Assembly (NCBI GenBank): GCA_023146045.1
Contig: JAGLCW010000017.1
Location: forward strand, 1-59,068
DNA length: 59,068 nt
Source: Caldisericia bacterium
GTDB lineage: Bacteria; Caldisericota; Caldisericia; UBA6126
Direction: 5' to 3'
Part shown: positions 33,583 to 41,718 of the stretch, in pieces
Numbering within the stretch: position 1 is the stretch's first letter
Layout: the number at the start of each line of letters is the position of its first letter
The notes under the pieces: model-generated
The model's database searches: none
The model's input: only the letters and a program-made list of their open reading frames with translations
What the model was told of the DNA's origin: nothing
Translations under genes and position numbers: made by a program

Positions 33583-35293
33583 TGTTTTGCCCAATTCGAA
33601 TAATCCACTCAGAAATATCTTTAAAGGCAGGAGCAGCAACCGTTGAGCCATATGCGTCCCCGTATGGATGAGGCTCATCAATTGATACTAAAATCAAATA
33701 CTCTGGTTCATCAGCTGGAAAAAATCCAATAAACGAGCAGATAATTTTATCATTCTGATACTGACCATTTGTCACTTTTTTTGCCGTACCGGTTTTGCCT
33801 CCAACTGGCATTCCTTTAATTTTTGCATTAGAACAGCCATATTTGTTTTGAACAACATTCTGAAGTATTGAAACCATTTCTTTTGACGTTTCTGTAGAAA
33901 TTATTTTCTTTAAAATTTCTGGTTTGAAAGAGTTCACAATTTTCCCATTAGAATCTCTTATTTCTTTAATCAAAATCGGTTTCATTAAGTCTCCACCATT
34001 AATGATTGCCGCATATGCACTAATTATTTGAATTGGCGTAACGGATATTGAAGTTCCGAATGAAACGTTGGCGGCTTCTAAATCTGAATAATAATCTCTT
34101 GAAGGTAAGATACCTGATTCTTGGCCTAGTAAATTTAATGGGTACAAAGAACCAAAATTGAACTTTTCTACGAAATCAAGTAATCTGATTCCCATTTTCA
34201 TACCAACTTGAGCTAAAGCAACATTGCATGAATTTCTCATATAGTCGGTCATTTTTTGAATTCCGTGTGGGAACATGCATTGTATTTGCTTATTCTCTAC
34301 CCAAATTTGCCCTTCACATTCAAATTCATCCTCTGGACTTACTACTCCAAGTTCTAATGCTGAAGCAGCTGTAATAGATTTAAAAATTGAACCAGGTTCA
34401 TAATTCATTGATACAGCTTTATTCGAAAAATCTGAATCTAATATGAATTCACCACCATTATTTAAATCAAAAGATGGATTCGATGCCATAGCTAGTATTT
34501 CACCAGTTTTAGGTTCCATTATTATAACAGTCCCGCCTTTTGCATTCCATCTTTCAACATGCATCTCAAGTATTGACTCAACTTTTGATTGTAATTTTTC
34601 ATCAATTGCAAGAACTATTGTATCTCCCTGAATAGGAGGTTGAATAATTTCTTCTGACCCAGGTACTTTATTGCCGCTAAAAGACCTGTTGTATACTTTT
34701 CTTCCAGGAATACCAGCCAGAATATTATTGTATGAATACTCAAGTCCACTAAGCCCAGTTTTATCATCTCCTACCCAACCAATAAGTGATGCTGCTAGAT
34801 ATCGTTTTGGATATTCTCTTTTTTGATCAATTACAAAGTTGTAGTTACATATGGAGGAATTTTTCACAAGTTTTTTTATTCTTTCCATTTGAGATTCGTT
34901 CATTTTTTTAAAAATCTCAGCGTCTTTTCTTTCTGTATTAGAAATTGCTTTTTTTAAATCACTTAAGGCAATCTGTTCATCAAAATTAACTATCGGTGCT
35001 ATTTGGTTTATAAATAACTCTGGATTGTCCATTTCTTGTGGATTGCAGTGCAAAGTGTAAGCCTCTCTACTTTGAGCTAATATTTTACCGTTTCTATCCA
35101 ATATTTGCCCGCGCATAGGTAGAATAATGTCTGGCTGACAATATCTATACTCTTTTAACTGCTGAGCATTAACATCAAATAATCCTCTCCAAAATAAAGA
35201 TACAGAAACAAACAAAACAAGGAGAAACATAACAAATCCAGTAAGCTGTATACTTCTAATTCTAGATTTATATTTTCTATTTTTGGATTTCAT
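33569..35293 (-). CDS. ftsI: Class B penicillin-binding protein (FtsI/SpoVD-like)
   Basis: RGQILDRNG, REYP, GLEYSY, SxxK (EPGSIFK), SCN and KTGT motifs. Confidence 0.92.
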   Translation of the reverse strand: MKSKNRKYKSRIRSIQLTGFVMFLLVLFVSVSLFWRGLFDVNAQQLKEYRYCQPDIILPMRGQILDRNGKILAQSREAYTLHCNPQEMDNPELFINQIAPIVNFDEQIALSDLKKAISNTERKDAEIFKKMNESQMERIKKLVKNSSICNYNFVIDQKREYPKRYLAASLIGWVGDDKTGLSGLEYSYNNILAGIPGRKVYNRSFSGNKVPGSEEIIQPPIQGDTIVLAIDEKLQSKVESILEMHVERWNAKGGTVIIMEPKTGEILAMASNPSFDLNNGGEFILDSDFSNKAVSMNYEPGSIFKSITAASALELGVVSPEDEFECEGQIWVENKQIQCMFPHGIQKMTDYMRNSCNVALAQVGMKMGIRLLDFVEKFNFGSLYPLNLLGQESGILPSRDYYSDLEAANVSFGTSISVTPIQIISAYAAIINGGDLMKPILIKEIRDSNGKIVNSFKPEILKKIISTETSKEMVSILQNVVQNKYGCSNAKIKGMPVGGKTGTAKKVTNGQYQNDKIICSFIGFFPADEPEYLILVSIDEPHPYGDAYGSTVAAPAFKDISEWIIRIGQNNVSN

Positions 35294-35570
35294 AGTAAAA
35301 AACCTCTACCTGTTGATTTTGTGTCAGTGCAACCATTCGTAAAGTCTCTCTATTTATTGCTTCCGAATAAAGCCTATTTGCATCTGTAAGATATTCATAT
35401 TCTTTCTGAAGTTCTCCAATAGTATTTTTTAGTTCTTGGTTGGACAACTGAATTTTTTCAATTTCTTTATCCATCACCCATACTCGCACCTGAGGAATGC
35501 CAACTCCAATAAGTAAACATGCGAGAATTATTACCAAACTACTTAGAGCTTTTTGCATTTCTGGTTCCAA
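35277..35570 (-). CDS. Probable cell division protein FtsL
   Basis: One TM helix plus coiled coil, between rsmH and the class B PBP; assignment by position. Confidence 0.6.
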   Translation of the reverse strand: MEPEMQKALSSLVIILACLLIGVGIPQVRVWVMDKEIEKIQLSNQELKNTIGELQKEYEYLTDANRLYSEAINRETLRMVALTQNQQVEVFYYEIQK

Positions 35571-36438
35571 TTCGCAACTTTGCGCTTCTTGCTGCAGGAT
35601 TTACAGCAATTTCCTCATCCAATGGTCTTATAACTTTTTTATTAACTCTAGTGAAATCAACTGATTCTCTAATGAAATGTTTAATTATTCTGTCCTCAAT
35701 TGAATGGTATGATATAAAAGCAATTGTTCCGTTTTCGGCAACTAAGTCTGGTAAATTCTTTAACAAGTTTTGTAACTGCACCATTTCTTGGTTGACTTCA
35801 ATTCGAAGTGCTTGAAATGTTTGAGTTGCTGGATGAATTTTTCCCCTTTTGTATCCTTTGGCAGAAGCAATAATAGAAGCAAGCTGACTACACGTTTCAA
35901 TAGGTTTTCTATTTCTCTCTCTTACAATTTTATACGCTATTCTTCTAGAAGCCCTTTCTTCTCCAAACTCGTAAATAATATCAGCGAGTTTTTTTTCTGG
36001 ATATTTATTTACTACATCATGTGCTCTTAAGTCAACATCACTCCCATCAAATCTCATGTCTAGTGGATCATCAGTTTGAAAGCTAAACCCTCTACCTCTA
36101 GTTTTTAGCTGATACATTGAAATGCCCAGGTCTGCAATAAGAATATTTGGCTTTTCCAGCCTTGCATGTTCAATTTGTTTATTTGCATTTGCATAAGTGT
36201 CATGAAATAGTCTAAAGTTGTTTGCAATTTTTGATAATCTTCTCTTTGCGATTTCTAGTACACATTCATCTCTATCAAATCCATAATAATAACCCTCTTT
36301 GATAAGAGATAAAAAAATACTAGCATGGCCACCTTCGCCACAAGTGCAATCCAAAATAACTGAATTGTCTTTTACTTGCAAAAGTTCAACGATATTTAAT
36401 CCAAATACTGGTATATGTTGTATTTCTTCATTCATCAT
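35539..36438 (-). CDS. rsmH: 16S rRNA m4C1402 methyltransferase
   Basis: HIPV, DCT.GEGGH, DLGIS, RGFSF..PLDMR, HPATQTFQALRI and NPAARSAKLR motifs; start moved to MMNEE because the longer ORF start lies inside rnpB. Confidence 0.95.
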   Translation of the reverse strand: MMNEEIQHIPVFGLNIVELLQVKDNSVILDCTCGEGGHASIFLSLIKEGYYYGFDRDECVLEIAKRRLSKIANNFRLFHDTYANANKQIEHARLEKPNILIADLGISMYQLKTRGRGFSFQTDDPLDMRFDGSDVDLRAHDVVNKYPEKKLADIIYEFGEERASRRIAYKIVRERNRKPIETCSQLASIIASAKGYKRGKIHPATQTFQALRIEVNQEMVQLQNLLKNLPDLVAENGTIAFISYHSIEDRIIKHFIRESVDFTRVNKKVIRPLDEEIAVNPAARSAKLRIGTRNAKSSK

Positions 36439-36444
36439 AATAAT

Positions 36445-36767
36445 CCCTCGAGTAATCTTTAAGCCAGGTTCTGTGTTCAATTTCTTGAACGGCAATCATC
36501 TATCTTAGCGACTCACCTACAAGCTTGGCGAGCAACCTACAAACGCTTGTCATTGGTCTTGCTCCAGGTGGGGTTTACAAATCCAATCGGTCACCCGATT
36601 GCTGGTGAGCTCTTACCTCGCCATTTCACCTTTACCTGTTTCCAGGCTGTATATTTTCTGTTGCACTTTCCTTAGGGTCACCCCCACTAACCGTTAATTA
36701 GCACCTTGCTCTGTGGAGCCCGGACTTTCCTCTGATATCAATCAGCAATTGCCTTTCATACTCGAGG
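36445..36767 (-). ncRNA. rnpB: Bacterial RNase P RNA (type A-like)
   Basis: Minus strand contains GAGGAAAGUCCGGGCUCC, AGUGCAACAGAA, GUAAACCCCACCUGGAGCAAG, AGAUAGAUGAU and ACAGAACCUGGCUUA; P1 helix CCUCGAGUA / UACUCGAGG closes the ends. Confidence 0.96.
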
Positions 36768-36768
36768 T

Positions 36769-36787
36769 AATATGAGTATATCATATT
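36769..36787 (-). promoter_or_regulatory. Extended -10 promoter (TGnTATACT) for rnpB inside an AATATGA-N5-TCATATT palindrome
   Basis: TGATATACT on the minus strand at 36783-36775, 7 nt before the rnpB 5' end. Confidence 0.55.
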
Positions 36788-36876
36788 CATCATTTTTTTC
36801 AGGAGATTTTGCTAAATGCATTTAACATAAAGTTTTTTTTCTGTATTATACAGGTATAATTTTGTTAGGAGGAAGC

Positions 36877-37911
36877 ATGTTAAATCGATCGGAATATATT
36901 GATTATATTGAAAATATTTTAGTATTACTTTGTAATATACCAAGCCCTTCGGGATTTACCGAATCCATTTCTAACGAAGTAACTCTTCAATTAAAAGAAC
37001 TTGAACTCATTCCAAGCAAAACTCTCAAAAACTCTGTTTTGTGCGACACAAAAACAAACGGAGAAACGCTAACATTAGCAGCTCATCTAGACACACTCGG
37101 TGCAATAGTAAGATCTATTAAATCAAACGGTAGGATTAGATTAAGCAAGATAGGCGGCTGGTCAGAAAATACTGTTTCAGGTGAAAATTGCCTTATTCAC
37201 ACATACAATGGTGACGTATTCACTGGAACGGTTCAGTATACATCCCCAGCAGTACATGTTTACAAGTCTGTTGGCGACAAAAAGTTGGAAAATGAAATTG
37301 AAGTTGTCATAGACAGACTTGTAAAAAACAAAGAAGATGTGGCGATGCTTGGAATTGAAAATGGCAACTTTATCTCGTTTGATCCAAGAACTACAATAAC
37401 TAAAAGTGGTTTCATAAAAAGCAGACATTTAGATGATAAAGCTGGAGCTGCAATCCTTTTAGCTTTAGCAAAATGGATCCAAAAGAATAAAACAAAAGTT
37501 AATAAAAATGTACACCTTTTGTTCACTACATATGAAGAAGTTGGTCACGGTGGGGCATCTGGGGTATCAGCAAGTACCAAAGAAATGATTTCTGTAGATA
37601 TGGGAGCAGTTGGAGATGATCTTCTTGGGACAGAGGAAAAAGTCTCTATATGCGCAAAAGACAGCGGTGGACCATATGATTATTCCTTGACAAAAAGTCT
37701 TGTCAATATTGCAAAAAATGGGAATCTTGACTATGTTGTAGATGTTTTTCCATATTACGGATCAGATGTTGAAGTTACATTGAGAGCAGGATACGACATT
37801 AAGCATGGTTTAATTGGACCAGGAGTATTCGCATCTCATGGCTATGAAAGAACTCATATTGATGGAATCTTAAATACGTTGCTACTTTTAATTCACTACA
37901 TAACGCAGTAA
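36877..37911 (+). CDS. M42 family metallopeptidase
   Basis: PSPSG, AAHLDTLG, SRHLDDK, YEEVGHG and HGYERTH motifs; ATG 36877 follows AGGAGG. Confidence 0.92.
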   Translation: MLNRSEYIDYIENILVLLCNIPSPSGFTESISNEVTLQLKELELIPSKTLKNSVLCDTKTNGETLTLAAHLDTLGAIVRSIKSNGRIRLSKIGGWSENTVSGENCLIHTYNGDVFTGTVQYTSPAVHVYKSVGDKKLENEIEVVIDRLVKNKEDVAMLGIENGNFISFDPRTTITKSGFIKSRHLDDKAGAAILLALAKWIQKNKTKVNKNVHLLFTTYEEVGHGGASGVSASTKEMISVDMGAVGDDLLGTEEKVSICAKDSGGPYDYSLTKSLVNIAKNGNLDYVVDVFPYYGSDVEVTLRAGYDIKHGLIGPGVFASHGYERTHIDGILNTLLLLIHYITQ

Positions 37912-37921
37912 GGAGACAATT

Positions 37922-38791
37922 ATGTTTTTTATCGCATTTGCTTTTCTTCTTGTTATCGTTTTCATTGGCTCTATTGTTTATTCAAAAAAAAGTAATATTG
38001 TTGGAGGGATTCAATCTTCGATTCCATGGATTTGCGTTCTTTTACTTCTGGTAGTAACAACATTTTCATCAGTCAAGATTATACCGACAGGTAATGTTGG
38101 AATAATTTATGAATTTGGTTCAATTGTCAATCAAAAATCAGAGGGTTTAAATTTAGTCTCCCCGTGGCAAGACATGAAATTAGCTAACATTAGAATTCAA
38201 AAATATAATTACAAGAATTTAGAGTGCTTTTCACAAGAAACACAAAGCTTAAATATGGATTTAACAATAAATTTTAAGGTATCGCCAAGCATTATTCAGG
38301 ATCTATATAGAAATATTGGCACAAATTATTTTGAAGTTTTAATTTTTCCGAAAATTCCTCAAATTGCAAAAGATGAAACTGTAAAATTTAAAGCCATAGA
38401 AATAGCTCCAAATAGAGAAGCTTTAAGAATTGCTATGAGAGATAGGCTAAAAGATGCATTGCAAGAATACTCAATTGAAGTAGTAGATGTTCTTTTAGAA
38501 AACATTGATTTTAGTCCTGAATTCAAACAATCTATTGAACTTAAACAAATTGCTACACAAAAATCATTAGAAGAACAAGAAATCGTAAAACAAGCACGAT
38601 ACAAAGCAGAACAGGTTGTAGCTAAAGCAAGAGGTGAAGCAGAAGCAAACTTGTTAATCTCAAATTCACTAACTCCAGAAATTCTCCAGTATACAATGAT
38701 TCAAAAACTATCTGACAAAATAGAAATAATGATTATGCCGTCTGGACAAAATTTTATTCTTGACCCGAGCGGTCTTTTGAACTCTGAGTAG
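37922..38791 (+). CDS. SPFH/prohibitin (band 7) family membrane protein
   Basis: Two TM helices, IPTGNVGI..FG..EGL...PW, IDFSPEF..IE.KQ.A.Q and A.GEAEAN motifs. Confidence 0.92.
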   Translation: MFFIAFAFLLVIVFIGSIVYSKKSNIVGGIQSSIPWICVLLLLVVTTFSSVKIIPTGNVGIIYEFGSIVNQKSEGLNLVSPWQDMKLANIRIQKYNYKNLECFSQETQSLNMDLTINFKVSPSIIQDLYRNIGTNYFEVLIFPKIPQIAKDETVKFKAIEIAPNREALRIAMRDRLKDALQEYSIEVVDVLLENIDFSPEFKQSIELKQIATQKSLEEQEIVKQARYKAEQVVAKARGEAEANLLISNSLTPEILQYTMIQKLSDKIEIMIMPSGQNFILDPSGLLNSE

Positions 38792-39554
38792 CTCTTTTAA
38801 ATTTATTTAATGCACCCTGGGCTGCACATTGTTGGGCTTCTTTTTTAGTCTTTCCATGGCCGCAGCCTAGGAATTGTTTTTCTAGATAAACCTCACTGTA
38901 AAATCCATTTTTAATTCCAGCAATATCAGGGAATGTTTTGTAATCGGGTTTTTCATGACAACACTTTTGCGTGACCTCTTGTAATTTGGTTTTGGAATCC
39001 TTAAGAAATCTATCAGTCTTAATATGCAAAAACATTTCATTAAATATTTGTTTTAACCATCTTATTGGTGTTTTTACTCCAATGTCCATAACATAGGCAG
39101 CAATAAATGCTTCAAATAAATTGCCATAAGGATCGTAATTAACACTAAAAGGTTTTTTGCATTTATATTCTTCAATAAAGTGTCTTGCTTTTATTGTTTC
39201 CCCATTTGAAAGTAAGAGTACCGGGTACAATTTTAGCTTCATAGTCATGCCAGTTAAAGATTCACCTCGAACAAAAACTGATCTGAGAATAGACAGATCC
39301 CCCTCTGAAGCATTGATATGTTTTTCAAATAAAAACAATGAAATAGCTGTCTCAATGATTGAATCTCCAAGATATTCTAACCGTTCATTGTCGTTGTACG
39401 GCCAATCATTTTCAGCTTTGTACGACTTATGCGTAAAAGCTTCAAAATAATAACGAATGCACCTTGGTTTAATATCAAGAGACCCAAGGACATCTATTAT
39501 TATGTCTTTCTGTCTTATTTCAGTATCTGTAATTTTTTGTCGTATATTTGTCAT
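38754..39554 (-). CDS. rnc: Ribonuclease III
   Basis: AFTHKSY, NERLEYLGDS, EGDLS.LRS, FEAF and dsRBD (DSKTKLQE..G.GKTKKEAQQ.AA); start is ATG 39554 or TTG 39569. Confidence 0.93.
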   Translation of the reverse strand: MTNIRQKITDTEIRQKDIIIDVLGSLDIKPRCIRYYFEAFTHKSYKAENDWPYNDNERLEYLGDSIIETAISLFLFEKHINASEGDLSILRSVFVRGESLTGMTMKLKLYPVLLLSNGETIKARHFIEEYKCKKPFSVNYDPYGNLFEAFIAAYVMDIGVKTPIRWLKQIFNEMFLHIKTDRFLKDSKTKLQEVTQKCCHEKPDYKTFPDIAGIKNGFYSEVYLEKQFLGCGHGKTKKEAQQCAAQGALNKFKRATQSSKDRSGQE

Positions 39555-39628
39555 ATTAACCTTAATCAAGTATTATAATAAAAATAAAAACTGTTACAAA
39601 TCATGTATTTTCAAAAAAGGAATATAGA

Positions 39629-40312
39629 ATGAAAAAAAAGATCCTTATTATTGAAGACGAAGAACCAATTAGAAAATTTACAAGCATCAACCTACGTAGA
39701 AATAATTTTGACGTTTTAGAAGCTGGTTCAGGAGAAGAAGGATTAAACATACTTCTTAACGAAACGGTACATCTTGTTCTTTTAGACATTATGCTACCTG
39801 GAATAAACGGCTTTGAAACATGCAAAGAAATACGAAGAACAAACGAAGATATTCCAGTTATACTTTTAACAGCAAAAGGGCAAGACCAAGACAAAATACA
39901 AGGTTTTAGAAGTGGGGTAGATGATTACGTTGTAAAACCATTTAATCCAATCGAGTTAATTGCTAGGATAAATGCCATACTTAGAAGAACTGCAGCTGTT
40001 GAAAAGAATCAATCTGGATTTATTCAATCTCACGGTATTTCAATTAATATAAAAACAAGAGAAACTTATAATATGGGAAACCCAGTAGACTTAACTCAAA
40101 GAGAATTTAGGCTTTTAAGCATGCTAATGGAAAACCCTGGAGTTGCATATTCTAGAGATGAAATAATGGAAATTGTTTGGTCGGATGTTGTAACAGAACC
40201 AAAAACCATTGATGTTTATATAAGAAGACTCCGTGGCAAAATCGAAGATAATCCTGCAAAACCAGAAAATATTGAAACAGTATGGGGTATTGGCTATAGA
40301 TGGCGTAGATAA
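39629..40312 (+). CDS. OmpR/PhoB family response regulator
   Basis: IEDE, LLDIMLPG, LLTAK, KPF and winged-helix DVYIRRLR.KIE..TVWGIGY motifs. Confidence 0.96.
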   Translation: MKKKILIIEDEEPIRKFTSINLRRNNFDVLEAGSGEEGLNILLNETVHLVLLDIMLPGINGFETCKEIRRTNEDIPVILLTAKGQDQDKIQGFRSGVDDYVVKPFNPIELIARINAILRRTAAVEKNQSGFIQSHGISINIKTRETYNMGNPVDLTQREFRLLSMLMENPGVAYSRDEIMEIVWSDVVTEPKTIDVYIRRLRGKIEDNPAKPENIETVWGIGYRWRR

Positions 40313-41718
40313 TGATCGGAATTAAATTTAAAAGTATTCGAGCCAGACTAATTTCTGGTTACATATTGATCGTTTTTATATGCATTTGTTTCATTGAAAT
40401 AATCTTAATTGCATCAATTGATCAATATTACAAAAACAGCATAGCCGGTATACTAAAGAATCAAGCTAATCTATCTTCAACTTTTTTTCATGAATATTCA
40501 GACAATCCAGATATTTTCACGAAAAGACAATCAATAATAGAAAGTTTTGCTGCAAATTCACAAGCACAAGTTCAATTGTTTGAATCAAATGGTAATATTC
40601 TCGCTGACACACTTTGCACGCCAAACATTGTACCTCTTTACATAAATGATATAGAAGACATAAAAAAAGGCAACACAATACTGTGGAACTCTTCCACATT
40701 AAAAACCAATGAACCATTAATGGGAGTTACAATTCCTTTGTTTTCAAACCAGAGTTTTATTGGTTATGCAAGATTTATTACATCTATGGAAAAAAGTAAC
40801 AATGCGGTTCAACAGATCATTATTTTTCTAATTGCAATTGGATTAATGTCAATTTTTATTTGTATAATTCTTGGATATTATATATCAAAAACCTTTTCTG
40901 TCCCAATCGGCAACATAACAAGGGCTTCCAGAAAAATGACAAATGGAGACTACTCAGTAAGAATAAAAGAAAAAAGAGAGGATGAAATAGGTCAACTAGG
41001 TTTAGCTTTCAATAAAATGGCATCCGAAATTCAAGATAGAGAAGAGATTAAAAACAACTTCATATCATCCATCTCACATGATCTTAGGACTCCATTAACT
41101 TCAATCAAAGGATGGGCAATCACATTAAAAACAACGGACGATTTAAATCCGGATGAATTTGGAGAAGGCATTGATATCATAGAACAAGAATGTGATAGAC
41201 TTTCAGAAATGGTGAATCGACTATTAGATTTTTCGAAATTGTCTTCAAGCAAAGTAAAACTAACATTTGAGACCATCGACATAAAAACGATCATTGCTGA
41301 TTCACTATCTTATATTAAACCAGTTTTAAAAGAAAAAAATGTAAGGTGTTTAAAAGTTATTCCAGGCAACCCAATAATGCTTAATATTGACCCTTTTTAC
41401 ATAAAAAGAGCGCTAGACAATCTGCTAGACAATGCATCTAAGTACTCATTGCAGAACCAGTTGATAGAATTAAGACTAACAGAATCTGAAAAAAGTGTAC
41501 TTATTTGTATTAATGATTCAGGAGAAGGAATTCCAGAGGAAGATCTACCTTTTGTTAAGTTAAAATTTTTTCAAGGATCTAATAAAAGAAAAGGTTCTGG
41601 AATGGGTTTAGCAATATGTGATGAGATAATGCAATGGCATGATGGAGAACTAATTGTACAAAACAGAGTTGGAGGAGGAACATCGGTTTGTTTAAAATTT
41701 CAAAAAATCAAAACATAG
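40312..41718 (+). CDS. HAMP-domain sensor histidine kinase
   Basis: Two TM helices, HAMP (DEIGQL..AFNKM), SHDLRTPLTSIKG, NLLDNA.KY, DSGEGI and GSGMGLAI motifs. Confidence 0.96.
   Translation: MIGIKFKSIRARLISGYILIVFICICFIEIILIASIDQYYKNSIAGILKNQANLSSTFFHEYSDNPDIFTKRQSIIESFAANSQAQVQLFESNGNILADTLCTPNIVPLYINDIEDIKKGNTILWNSSTLKTNEPLMGVTIPLFSNQSFIGYARFITSMEKSNNAVQQIIIFLIAIGLMSIFICIILGYYISKTFSVPIGNITRASRKMTNGDYSVRIKEKREDEIGQLGLAFNKMASEIQDREEIKNNFISSISHDLRTPLTSIKGWAITLKTTDDLNPDEFGEGIDIIEQECDRLSEMVNRLLDFSKLSSSKVKLTFETIDIKTIIADSLSYIKPVLKEKNVRCLKVIPGNPIMLNIDPFYIKRALDNLLDNASKYSLQNQLIELRLTESEKSVLICINDSGEGIPEEDLPFVKLKFFQGSNKRKGSGMGLAICDEIMQWHDGELIVQNRVGGGTSVCLKFQKIKT

Noticed and set aside
33583-33681. N-terminal extension of MurE given in the ORF track
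   Set aside because: It overlaps the conserved C-terminus of the PBP gene; ATG 33582 gives a normal length and a short coupled overlap.
36439-36495. N-terminal extension of RsmH given in the ORF track
   Set aside because: It lies within the conserved 3' end of RNase P RNA; homology starts near the HIPV motif.
39100-39135. Inactive RNase III because the usual AD..EA motif reads GNLFEA
   Set aside because: The ERLEYLGD signature and the second catalytic Glu are intact, and I recall Asn at this position in other RNase III enzymes.
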